The translations under genes were made by a program, and so were the position numbers. Under the pieces are notes generated by a model. It saw nothing but the letters and a program-made list of their open reading frames with translations. It was not told the origin of the DNA and did no database searches. 64,000 nt of DNA from a virus, in IMG/VR virus record IMGVR_UViG_3300043411_000952, positions 1-64,000 of that record; one strand, 5' to 3'. Positions 30,201 to 38,250 of the stretch are shown here, piece after piece (the stretch's first letter is position 1; each line of letters starts with the position of its first letter).

Positions 30201-33200
30201 GACCCCGGTGCGTCCACGGTGACACTTTAATACGTTGTTTTGATGGTTTTAAACGTATAAGAGATATTAAAATTGGTGACCTTGTCTGGACACATTTAAA
30301 CAGATGGAGAAAAGTAGAGGATACATATATTAAGCCAGCGGCCCCCATGTATAAGGTAAGTTTTGAAAATGGGGAAGTACTGTTATGTACTGAGGAACAT
30401 TTACTATTGACCGAAGCTGGAAAGTGGATATCTGTTAGAGATGTCTGTTTGCAAAAAGCATTTAAACAATCCGGAACTGAGGAAGAAAGTTGTTTCTCTT
30501 TACCGAGAGTCCTTGAGCACCGCCGAGCAAGTAGCGGAGATTTTGAATATAACTCCGCATACTACTTATCGAATACTTCGTCTAGAGTTAGGCGAGGAAG
30601 AATTCAAAAAGCTCAAAGCGATAAAATACTCGAGCTCAAAGCTGGGAGAGAAGAATCCTTGGAAAGGGAAGAGGGGGGAAGAGGCCGCGACCTGGAAGGG
30701 GGATTGCGACGATGGTTACGGTTATTTAACACGCCTAATAGATGGCCAACGTTACTTCGTACATCGTATAGTCATGGCAGAGGCGCTGGGTATACATCCC
30801 TCGCAGTTGCCGGATCATCTAGCTGTGCATCATATAGATCAGGATCGGAAAAACAACGCACTAGACAACTTAGCGCTCTGCACCACATCCGGGCACAGAG
30901 GTATCCACGAAAGATACAAACATACCGATCAGGAATTAAAATTAAAGGGGTTGTCCCTTGCGGAAGCTATCCAGTATATGACATCTCCGTAGAGGAGGAT
31001 CATTCCTACGAGGCGTCCGGTTGTTTTTCGCACAATTCTTGGAAACCAAACTCGTTGAATTGGCCTAGCTATGTTAACTCCATGATTTCTAATGGTATAG
31101 CTGGTCTTTTTGGTAAACTAAAAGAACGCGGAGAATTACCAGAAGAGTTTGAGAAGTTTATTATTAAAAATGATAAGGGGGAATACAAGAGTGAGGTACC
31201 TTCTATACGCAGTTGCGTTAAAGCTCCTGAAGGTTGGTGCTTTGTAGAGTCCGATTATCAGACTGCGGAAATTAGAGGACTAGCCTTTGTATCAGGGGAT
31301 AAAAACCTAATTGATATTGTTTGTAACCCCGATTTAAATTTTGCGGTTACTAAAGATGATAAAAAAGTTCGGCTGGCTTTTCCTCCTGAAGTGTTTCCTC
31401 CTTCCACACAGGAAGAGTATAAACACCTCCTTATTTCCCCGGATGATCCATCCTTAATAAGAAAAGATGACGGTTCTTTGAAACATCCTAAACAGGACCT
31501 ACATTGGTCTTTGGCTGAGATGGTTCATATTAAACCTAGAGAAGTACTTGACGAAAAGAAAGACCGTGGTGCTGCTAAGGTAGGTAACTTCAGCTGCGTT
31601 AATAAATATACAAAAATACGTACAGAAAAAGGTGTTCTAAGCATAGAAGACGCGATAATTTATGGTTGTACTTATGTATGGGATGGTTTAGATATGGTGT
31701 CTTATGATTCCATACAATACCAAGGAAATAGATTCACAATTAATTACCAAGGACTGTCCGCAACCCCAGACCATGTTGTCTGGCTCTCAAGTGGAGAAAA
31801 GTGTTGTTTCGGAGAAGCTGCCTTGCGAGGTCTCAGTATTAAATCGTATAGCGGCTTTGAATTGGATACGGCTGGTAGCAGACACAAGAACAATAGAACG
31901 CGCAAGAAAAGGCATCATATTTATGGTGCGGTGTCAAAGGTGTCAGAAAACAACGCGCAGGTGGTTACACAACGTGGAGGCGGGCAAAGGTCTAAAATGT
32001 CGATGCCTGTCTCCTTTGCGATACAACGACCCACGCGCGCGCACACTAGGCGCAAGGTATCAAGCTATGCGTCAAAGGTGTTTTCTAGACAGCCATGTCA
32101 GCAGCTACAATTACAAGGGGCGAGGCATAAAACTAATATTCAAAAGTCGCAGAGAATTTATTTTATGGGCGCTTCAAAGATGGCCGGATACAGACTTCAA
32201 AGGTTTGGATTTCGACAGAATAAACAACGATGGCCACTACTCGAAGGGCAACCTACGTTTGGTCACAAGGCAAGAAAATTTAAGAAATACGAGAGCTTCT
32301 CGCTGGTCCTACCGCGTACGCGCCGAGAAGTTATTAAAAGACAACCCAGGTGTGAGTGTCTCTATGAAAACGTTATGGGGCATGCTGCAAATGGGGTATT
32401 CGGAAGAAGAAATACTTCTAAGGATAAAGTCTGGAGAAATAAAGAGCCGGAAGGCAATATTAGCAAATGCGAAAGTATTGCAAGCCAGGAATTTAATAAG
32501 ATTAAATCCGGGCTTGGTTGTAGGAGAGAAACATATAATGAGTCTATATCGGAAAGGATTAACCGATCAGGATATAATAGAACATGTGGCGAAGCACGAA
32601 GAGTTAACTTTGCGTATTCGTCAGGCGAAGCAGCGCAGAGAAAACTCTTTGCAGCGATCGGCTCGTATAGGTATAGGCTTCGCGGCCAGTACTACAAGAA
32701 AGATGATACGAGAAGGTCTATCCGACGAGCAATTGCTGGCGGCGTGGGAAAAATCGTATGTAAAGTCAGAATCAATCAGGCAGAAGATAGAGAGGCTTGG
32801 CTTGAAGCTCAGCGTATCTACTACGCACAGGTTGATGAAGCAGGGCATGTCGGACGCGCAGTTAGAAGAATATTCGAAGAAAAGGGTTTTAAGCTCACAA
32901 AAGAGCCAGTATACGATATAATAAACGCAGGACCAAGGCATAGATTTGTTGCCAGTGGCTTGCTTATATCTAATTCGGCATACGGCGCGTCCGCCTCAAC
33001 CCTGGAACGCAAAATTGAACAGGATACAGGTAAGAAGCCAGAAGAAGGTACAGGTCAGCGGTTATTGAAGGCGCTTGAAAAACGTCAGCCAGTAGCACAA
33101 GACTTTTTAATTAAAATGGAACGTGTACCAGAGAAGCCCGGATATTACCGCGCAGCATCTGGAAGAATTCGTCATTTCGCTTCCCATGATCCAAAATACC

Positions 33201-33580
33201 TGGATGACATTGACGAGCATTTGACTATGGGCTTGTTTAAGTCTATGGGTAGAGAAGCTCGCAATTTCCCGATGCAGGAGAGTGTAGCTGCCACCGCTGC
33301 GCGAGCAGGTAAATGGCTGCTAGATGCTTACATCAAGTTAAATATGCAGGCTAGACCATTGATTATTTTATATGATTCCGTTGTTACTCTTTGTCCACTT
33401 GAAGAACGATTTAAGGTTGCGCAATTGCACCAGCTCTTTATGACGGATGAGAACACATGGGAGTACCATGGAAGAAAAATGTCGTACCCTATCGACAGCG
33501 ACTTCGTATATCGTTGGTCGGCTAAACCTGATAAAGATGATAAAAAATTGCTAGAAGATAAAACTTACAAAACCAACTGA
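27137..33580 (+). CDS. polA: Family A DNA polymerase with UDG-like N-terminus, 3'-5' exonuclease and 3 inteins (~1061 aa after splicing)
   Basis: ExoI VDCE, ExoIII YA|CKD, TETGR, motif A SDYQTAEIR, motif B R.AAK.GNFS|SAYG, NFPMQ, motif C LYDS. Confidence 0.93.
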   Translation: MENQTKDKVVPVPDYTLPPLQYLDKTGTVRGHNGVTFVSGEGIKPADIMFITSCVSPQEASKFLKGRDGGQGVRVQPRYLRSDAGVMFSDIFNQEGIDLYKCYYTALVKWLLPKNERIKIPKDVVAWALPSLEEEIALVSPKIIVCIGKPVFDLLANIKLSLSDAKSGWFYSEKYNAKIYLLDDTYKLVSNPEYIGKFQVEAREINRMYKEICNVSTGRIPLEYETITNSSDLKRVVSNWKQNNFDVISVDCEWSGNNHIDGKLRSTQFCWAPGKACYVRWMDDKGNYTFDISYKEAGAILSEWLDLEDVKYIGHHFAADAPWLHHVLGLNWYEKCIFDTEFAQQTANEAEDLSLERIALKYTDLGRYDLDLVLWVKQNKALMVDGGYGAIPDEILIPYACLRQESLVQLGDGSWCKIKDLVNSKYAGEVKAVLNGKVQNCKVTNWYKVNTRQKVWKRLVTKYAQRGKHGYLGPVLTPDHKVITQRGKVAVQDIIPGKDSICTSYNTFTSTQLSVFLGCLLGDGGIARRNKAHAGLVMSQCEKRADYLKWKVNVLFGDPENVESKGSLCAYRSKYTPYIAALSDTWERKEALAHSKRKLLITENLLDHLQAPGIAVWYQDDGNLTCGNEVRITIYHLQEQELAALRSWFRSNMGVYVKYRKNQNHICFSVKDSVVFLNYIKDYIHNDCGYKTNVPYNLKVNAHIPGPLYFEPIVGISDVPVKPCSGDGIRYCLAVDKAENFLTKSGFVSNCKDVDTVFRAWPIIQRSLQAQDLLDYYNNIFHPFVTDVFVSFALVGLPMDVAMMDELRVLYTFARDKMEVILREEIHVEAKNFVLMAFATRLPPELATEKYLEFISLIANSEHMEAWAVLKGSAKKPDDVPKLKHIFDHFIDSAHFNIRSSTQLKRWLFNVKCYEPVKSTGNKEKGLPATSWEKIKSMPPEAQKNYNPAVDKQTLQILSEQNNDALLRRLLQLNAVGNICKAFLKEADIDADGNVVKENGLHFYLCSDNRVHGQMSTTETGRPRCVHGDTLIRCFDGFKRIRDIKIGDLVWTHLNRWRKVEDTYIKPAAPMYKVSFENGEVLLCTEEHLLLTEAGKWISVRDVCLQKAFKQSGTEEESCFSLPRVLEHRRASSGDFEYNSAYYLSNTSSRVRRGRIQKAQSDKILELKAGREESLEREEGGRGRDLEGGLRRWLRLFNTPNRWPTLLRTSYSHGRGAGYTSLAVAGSSSCASYRSGSEKQRTRQLSALHHIRAQRYPRKIQTYRSGIKIKGVVPCGSYPVYDISVEEDHSYEASGCFSHNSWKPNSLNWPSYVNSMISNGIAGLFGKLKERGELPEEFEKFIIKNDKGEYKSEVPSIRSCVKAPEGWCFVESDYQTAEIRGLAFVSGDKNLIDIVCNPDLNFAVTKDDKKVRLAFPPEVFPPSTQEEYKHLLISPDDPSLIRKDDGSLKHPKQDLHWSLAEMVHIKPREVLDEKKDRGAAKVGNFSCVNKYTKIRTEKGVLSIEDAIIYGCTYVWDGLDMVSYDSIQYQGNRFTINYQGLSATPDHVVWLSSGEKCCFGEAALRGLSIKSYSGFELDTAGSRHKNNRTRKKRHHIYGAVSKVSENNAQVVTQRGGGQRSKMSMPVSFAIQRPTRAHTRRKVSSYASKVFSRQPCQQLQLQGARHKTNIQKSQRIYFMGASKMAGYRLQRFGFRQNKQRWPLLEGQPTFGHKARKFKKYESFSLVLPRTRREVIKRQPRCECLYENVMGHAANGVFGRRNTSKDKVWRNKEPEGNISKCESIASQEFNKIKSGLGCRRETYNESISERINRSGYNRTCGEARRVNFAYSSGEAAQRKLFAAIGSYRYRLRGQYYKKDDTRRSIRRAIAGGVGKIVCKVRINQAEDREAWLEAQRIYYAQVDEAGHVGRAVRRIFEEKGFKLTKEPVYDIINAGPRHRFVASGLLISNSAYGASASTLERKIEQDTGKKPEEGTGQRLLKALEKRQPVAQDFLIKMERVPEKPGYYRAASGRIRHFASHDPKYLDDIDEHLTMGLFKSMGREARNFPMQESVAATAARAGKWLLDAYIKLNMQARPLIILYDSVVTLCPLEERFKVAQLHQLFMTDENTWEYHGRKMSYPIDSDFVYRWSAKPDKDDKKLLEDKTYKTN
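28337..29386 (+). mobile_element. Pol intein 1 (350 aa, LAGLIDADG)
   Basis: CLRQES...LTPDH...GCLLGDG...WYQDDG...FVSN|C. Confidence 0.92.
30209..31036 (+). mobile_element. Pol intein 2 (276 aa) with out-of-frame HNH gene
   Basis: CVHGDT...CTEEH...VYDISV....SY.....SHN|S. Confidence 0.9.
30441..30992 (+). CDS. HNH endonuclease in the +1 frame inside Pol intein 2
   Basis: HTH-like N-terminus, GEKNPW/WKG motif, HRIVM, VHHIDQDRKNNALDNL.L....H...H. Confidence 0.85.
   Translation: MSVCKKHLNNPELRKKVVSLYRESLSTAEQVAEILNITPHTTYRILRLELGEEEFKKLKAIKYSSSKLGEKNPWKGKRGEEAATWKGDCDDGYGYLTRLIDGQRYFVHRIVMAEALGIHPSQLPDHLAVHHIDQDRKNNALDNLALCTTSGHRGIHERYKHTDQELKLKGLSLAEAIQYMTSP
31595..32974 (+). mobile_element. 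Pol intein 3 (460 aa) with out-of-frame HNH gene
   Basis: CVNKYT...ATPDH...VYDIINAGPRHRF.....ISN|S. Confidence 0.9.
31704..32921 (+). CDS. HNH endonuclease in the +1 frame inside Pol intein 3 (true start may be later)
   Basis: CQRC...CRC, YQAMRQRC......YNYKGRGI, DRINNDGHYSKGNLRLVT..EN.RN, repeated C-terminal helical units. Confidence 0.85.
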   Translation: MIPYNTKEIDSQLITKDCPQPQTMLSGSQVEKSVVSEKLPCEVSVLNRIAALNWIRLVADTRTIERARKGIIFMVRCQRCQKTTRRWLHNVEAGKGLKCRCLSPLRYNDPRARTLGARYQAMRQRCFLDSHVSSYNYKGRGIKLIFKSRREFILWALQRWPDTDFKGLDFDRINNDGHYSKGNLRLVTRQENLRNTRASRWSYRVRAEKLLKDNPGVSVSMKTLWGMLQMGYSEEEILLRIKSGEIKSRKAILANAKVLQARNLIRLNPGLVVGEKHIMSLYRKGLTDQDIIEHVAKHEELTLRIRQAKQRRENSLQRSARIGIGFAASTTRKMIREGLSDEQLLAAWEKSYVKSESIRQKIERLGLKLSVSTTHRLMKQGMSDAQLEEYSKKRVLSSQKSQYTI

Positions 33581-33581
33581 C

Positions 33582-35162
33582 ATGTCATTCGTTCCTACTG
33601 ATTATTCTGAAATTCAAAGACAACTGAAAGCTGAAAAAGAAAACAGCTACTGGGGTGGTTATTACAAGCCAGGTATTTATGGCGGCACACCCACACAAAA
33701 GAAAATGTTCTCCGGTAGAATTTTACCGGCGTTTAATTATGCCTTATCCCAGGCTGACGCGGATTTCCAGTCTTCCTGGATGCCGTATCGTAATGCAGAT
33801 AATATCGACGCGGAAACTAATCAGCCGGTACTCAGCGCTTTCTTCGCTGTTGTGGCTGCTTACTCCTGGTTCGGTAATAAACAAGTATCGTTCCTGAGCC
33901 CTTCAACATTGCGATTCACTCACAGTATTTCGCGCGGCCCTGAGCTCATCGATCCTGTGCAGGATATTCGTAACTTCGCCAAGAAGCATGACGATCCAGC
34001 TATACGCGCTTTAACTGAACGCCCTGAAAATAAGAAAGACGCTAAAATTGTCATTCCTTATCCTCAGCGTCGTTATGTGTTTAACTTCTTTGGTACTGCA
34101 GGTACAGACCGTAATGTTAGAAATTATTTAGTCGATGTATCTCAGAAGGCCTTCGAAGACCTAGCCGGTAAGCTGTCCGAGTGGCGTCCCGCGCATGAGC
34201 AGACTATTGATCCTAACTGGCCTCATTATTTATATGGTGATATTACTGATCCGCAAAGCGGTGTTATGGTTGAGACTACCCCCATTCCCTCGACCCCACA
34301 GCCTTTCAACGGCTTTGTGTTTACATCTGGATCTCATAAGTCGCTAAAAGGTGTGCGTCAGTATCCCGTCCCTCCAGAAGCTATGACTGGACGTTATCAC
34401 CTTTATGGTGACAGCTCCGCCTTTAAAGTTATGGGCGCGCAGGAAATTATTGAGTTCCTCGTAGAGGACGGCGCAATTCCTTATCATTTGATCGAGGAGG
34501 TGTGTAGTAACTACGCACATATTCCGCCAAGCCCAAGTAGAGCCAAGGTATTTCCTGGTTCCAATTCGGAAGAAGACTTAGATTCATTCCGCCCTCCAGT
34601 GGCCAATCCGTTTGCGCAGAAACCCGCAGCCGTGCAGCAGGCCGCTCCTTATAGGCCCCCTGCACCTCCAGTGCCTGTCCAACAAGAGACCCCTCCATGG
34701 GAAACTCCAGCAACCCTTTCGCCTCCGCCGCCAGCCATGGTAGCGCCTGAAGAAAGGTTCTGGGTGTCCATGAATGGTAATACTGAAGATGAGCCTATCA
34801 CTCGGGCAGAGGTGCAAAGCCTCATCAGTACGCATACGACTAGTACGTTTATGATCTGCGGTACAGGCACAAAAAGTGTTTGGCAGACTCCTGCCGAGGC
34901 TGGATTCGTGGTACAGGCTAACAAGCCTAAACCTCCAGCCCTACCGCAGCCAGCCCCCGCTCCTTCATCACTACCTAGCATAACCGCCACACCGCCCCCA
35001 GCGGTAGTCGTGCCAGTTGCTCCGCCTTCTACCTCCATTCTCACGGATGAGGAGAAAGTGGCGTATGATGAATTAAAAGCTAAGTTTGACGCGGGCACAC
35101 TCCCAACTTCAGAGTTGATGAAGTTTGTGCAGTTCGTCAACCGTATCGAGAAGAAGGCTTAA
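33582..35162 (+). CDS. Probable ssDNA-binding protein with Pro-rich linker and GYF_2-like domain
   Basis: Located between pol and recA; FWVSMNG....P.....V..L.......ICG.G....W resembles GYF_2/DUF4339. The SSB role is positional inference. Confidence 0.45.
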   Translation: MSFVPTDYSEIQRQLKAEKENSYWGGYYKPGIYGGTPTQKKMFSGRILPAFNYALSQADADFQSSWMPYRNADNIDAETNQPVLSAFFAVVAAYSWFGNKQVSFLSPSTLRFTHSISRGPELIDPVQDIRNFAKKHDDPAIRALTERPENKKDAKIVIPYPQRRYVFNFFGTAGTDRNVRNYLVDVSQKAFEDLAGKLSEWRPAHEQTIDPNWPHYLYGDITDPQSGVMVETTPIPSTPQPFNGFVFTSGSHKSLKGVRQYPVPPEAMTGRYHLYGDSSAFKVMGAQEIIEFLVEDGAIPYHLIEEVCSNYAHIPPSPSRAKVFPGSNSEEDLDSFRPPVANPFAQKPAAVQQAAPYRPPAPPVPVQQETPPWETPATLSPPPPAMVAPEERFWVSMNGNTEDEPITRAEVQSLISTHTTSTFMICGTGTKSVWQTPAEAGFVVQANKPKPPALPQPAPAPSSLPSITATPPPAVVVPVAPPSTSILTDEEKVAYDELKAKFDAGTLPTSELMKFVQFVNRIEKKA

Positions 35163-35173
35163 TTAAATAATAC

Positions 35174-35210
35174 GCGTGCTGCATGGAAACGTGCAGCACG
35201 CTTTAATTTT
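35174..35210 (+). terminator. Intrinsic terminator
   Basis: GCGTGCTGCATG-GAAA-CGTGCAGCACGC followed by a T-rich tail. Confidence 0.75.
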
Positions 35211-35224
35211 AACTTTAATTATTT

Positions 35225-36844
35225 ATGTCCACAGAACTTCCAATTAAGCGCAGAGGTCGCCCACCGGGCTCCGCCAAAAAAAATACAGCGGTACATACTG
35301 CTGTCGAATCTTTAGTAGACAACGATGTTATAGAATCCCCTCCAGCCCAATTGCCTGGGGTTAACATAGATTACGGTTTTCATTTTCTAGATAGCGAAGA
35401 AGACTACGGCGACAAATTTAAAGTCGCATTAGACGGCGCAGTTTCTTCTAGAAAGAATCAGAGTGTAAGCTTTAAGAAAATGTCTGAGATACAGGAAGGC
35501 TTCGCTTTCCCTTTTCGGCATTTCTTATTGCAGTATGCCGTAGGGCAGTATGGCGTACCCTCTCAGAAAATTATAGATATTATTGGTGCAGAAGGCATTG
35601 GTAAATCTACCCTGGTAATGGATATGCTAGGGAGTGCCATGGATGTTGGTTGTCCTGCGTTATACATAGAGTGCGAGTCTAAACAGATTCCAGCGCCTAG
35701 AGTAATGCGTGCGCTACATCCAAGTATTACTCGAGCGTATAAAATGCTTAATCGTCTACGTGTTGAGCCAGTTAATTCTCTGGATCATATGTGGCAGGCG
35801 ATGAAAGATTTTGTGTATATCGCCAGAGGCACTAAGGGCACAAAGGACACGCCCCGTGTTCCTATGCATGTACCTATTGTTATTGCTGTAGACCCCTGGT
35901 CTAAGTTACTAAATCCCGACGAGGCCGCAGGGTTTTACAACTATGGCGACAACATGTCTGATGCTAAGAAGAAAAAATTCAAAGAGATTAGTGAGGGTTC
36001 TAATCTAGGCCACGCTAAATGGGCACACAAGTGGTGCCGACTTCTTCCTGCATTCCTGAAACAGTTCAATGTTGTACTTATTATTGTACACCATCAAAAC
36101 GATAAAATTGACATGGGCGGTGGCGGCGCGTCGTTTATGACGCCGGAAGCTAGTGCGCTGTACAATAAGACTCGCATCGGAGGCAAGGCGCTACACCAAA
36201 ATACTGCGCTGACATTAATCCTGTCGCGTAGAGGGTTGGCGAAGAATGGTTCAGGGGACATTACCGGGAACCTGATTAGTTGTCGTGTAGCAAAGAACTC
36301 TCTTGGTCACGATAATATCAAATTCTTCTATGAGCTACGCACCGGTTTCTATAATGATACTTTGACGTATATGGATTCAGCAATCAATTTCAATATTGGA
36401 TTCGCTACTATGTGCGCGGAACAGAAATGGATGAGCACGTCCGTTAAAGGTTCCAAATTCTCTAGCCCGGTGCTAGGAGTTACTGAAGTATCTGCTGATG
36501 AGTTTTACGAAGCATTTAATGCTAACCAGGAAGTTAAGTCTAATCTTGGTAAGCTACTAGGTATCAACGGTTATGTTGATGTTGTTGATAATATTAAAAC
36601 TAACATAGAAAAGAATTATCATGCTGAGCATGACGATTCTATTGAATCTGAAGTTGAGTTAGGTACTCAGCTGGACAGGGAAGCGCTTGAAGCTTTGCGG
36701 CAGAAGATGGAGCAGAACTTTCCAGTTTGCGCTGACGTTGCTGATCATCCTGAGCAAGATGCGCATCTGCTGTCTGTTATTGAAGATATAGATATGAATC
36801 AAGAAGAAAATTCTAATGAGGACATCCCATCCCAAAACGAATGA
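35225..36844 (+). CDS. recA: RecA/UvsX-like recombinase with N-terminal AT-hook
   Basis: GAEGIGKST, YIECE, IAVD, GGKAL, VAKN; KRRGRPP at the N-terminus. Confidence 0.85.
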   Translation: MSTELPIKRRGRPPGSAKKNTAVHTAVESLVDNDVIESPPAQLPGVNIDYGFHFLDSEEDYGDKFKVALDGAVSSRKNQSVSFKKMSEIQEGFAFPFRHFLLQYAVGQYGVPSQKIIDIIGAEGIGKSTLVMDMLGSAMDVGCPALYIECESKQIPAPRVMRALHPSITRAYKMLNRLRVEPVNSLDHMWQAMKDFVYIARGTKGTKDTPRVPMHVPIVIAVDPWSKLLNPDEAAGFYNYGDNMSDAKKKKFKEISEGSNLGHAKWAHKWCRLLPAFLKQFNVVLIIVHHQNDKIDMGGGGASFMTPEASALYNKTRIGGKALHQNTALTLILSRRGLAKNGSGDITGNLISCRVAKNSLGHDNIKFFYELRTGFYNDTLTYMDSAINFNIGFATMCAEQKWMSTSVKGSKFSSPVLGVTEVSADEFYEAFNANQEVKSNLGKLLGINGYVDVVDNIKTNIEKNYHAEHDDSIESEVELGTQLDREALEALRQKMEQNFPVCADVADHPEQDAHLLSVIEDIDMNQEENSNEDIPSQNE

Positions 36845-37247
36845 TCATAGGTTGATTTCTCACATAGCTAAACATTTTAAACTAGATCCGACAGACTATG
36901 AAATTCTGTCGGATCTGTTTTCTGCGGTAGATGCGATGTGCGCTAATTTGCCCTTGAGATTTCGTGATTTATTGTGCGTCTACGAGACGTTCCCTGCATT
37001 CGGTGAATTTATGTTCCCTAAGAATAGAAGTCATTTGTGGCAGCTTGTTGAGTCTACCGATTCTCCTTTGTTGCTGACTGACTCTCTTGTTTCTGGTAAA
37101 GAGGGCCTGTTTATTTGTCAGGCTATTGATACCGCAACAATGCCTGCGGCGGCGGAAAGAATTCTCGAAAAATTGTCTAAACCTACGATGTGTATTAATC
37201 ATCGTAACGACGTGTCAGCCTTGCTTTATCCTTTAATTTCTATATAG
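36816..37247 (+). CDS. Hypothetical protein
   Basis: 143-aa ORF in the operon. Confidence 0.6.
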   Translation: MRTSHPKTNDHRLISHIAKHFKLDPTDYEILSDLFSAVDAMCANLPLRFRDLLCVYETFPAFGEFMFPKNRSHLWQLVESTDSPLLLTDSLVSGKEGLFICQAIDTATMPAAAERILEKLSKPTMCINHRNDVSALLYPLISI

Positions 37248-37705
37248 TGAGTAATATGTCTTCGAATACGGAGTGTATCAATGGGTGGATCGAATTATTA
37301 CATTTTAAAACCGATCCTAAGAAAATACATATGGCTAAGCCTTTACTGAAAGGTACTGACTCTTTGGAAAATTTCAAAGAAGATCACTATCAGATGGTGG
37401 GCAGTCATATTCCCCTTTGTGAATACTACTCCGCAATTGAAGTGTACAAACAATTTGTTGTACCGATAGATAAAGAATTTAACATCCCAAGACCTTTAGG
37501 AGATTTTGATGCAATGAATTTGTGCATGCATGATCCTAAATTTGGGCGTAAATTTTTAACATTTGTATTCTATCCTAAAGGGGCGCATCACTCTGTTAAA
37601 TTTAGGGAGCAGCGCGTTCAATATCATCCTGATTATCCGCATGTTCTTTTGATCAGAAAAGAGCCGTTTAGATCGTTCATGCGCACACCTGAAAATCCTT
37701 CCTAA
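37247..37705 (+). CDS. Hypothetical protein
   Basis: 152-aa ORF coupled to both neighbours. Confidence 0.6.
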   Translation: MSNMSSNTECINGWIELLHFKTDPKKIHMAKPLLKGTDSLENFKEDHYQMVGSHIPLCEYYSAIEVYKQFVVPIDKEFNIPRPLGDFDAMNLCMHDPKFGRKFLTFVFYPKGAHHSVKFREQRVQYHPDYPHVLLIRKEPFRSFMRTPENPS

Positions 37706-38250
37706 TGTTTGATCAAAACTTCTCCATCATCGCTTTCCTAAAAGAAACCGGTGATGGAGTTTCTTTTCCATTTCTTCCAGAACAAATCTGGGATGACTCA
37801 TACGATATTTATTGTATAAACTGTACCACGTCTAGCCCTACGGCGAGCACGTGTACTAGTGCTTGCGATGAAACTATTCATATACCTTCTTACGAAGTTG
37901 CTAAGCAAGGCGGCGTCGAAAATATTATTGCATCTCTAATTCATTCCGAAGGCAGAGGTACAAGTCGTATATTTACCGTACATCCTAATAATGTTTTACT
38001 GCCCATTTACAGATGGTATTTACTTAAGCACGGAGCGTCTATATCAAATGTAGATGAGTATGTACAGCGCCTCTCCAGAGTTACTGTAGATATATGTGAG
38101 GCTTTTCATAAGCCGACCATATTGACACTTGACCGAAGGCAGAATTTTAATTATAGAACCATAGTTAGATGGCTAGAGCTTAACCCAGAAGGCGTGTCTA
38201 AAACAGAGCAGTGCCTTAGCACTTTAAAACATATATGTCAGAAGTTGTAA
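37705..38250 (+). CDS. Hypothetical protein
   Basis: 181-aa ORF with TAATG coupling. Confidence 0.65.
   Translation: MFDQNFSIIAFLKETGDGVSFPFLPEQIWDDSYDIYCINCTTSSPTASTCTSACDETIHIPSYEVAKQGGVENIIASLIHSEGRGTSRIFTVHPNNVLLPIYRWYLLKHGASISNVDEYVQRLSRVTVDICEAFHKPTILTLDRRQNFNYRTIVRWLELNPEGVSKTEQCLSTLKHICQKL

Noticed and set aside
30441-32921. Frameshift sequencing errors explaining the nested HNH ORFs
   Set aside because: It would need paired compensating errors twice, and would not explain why the alternative frame is stop-free over ~550 and ~1200 nt. Read checking is still advised.
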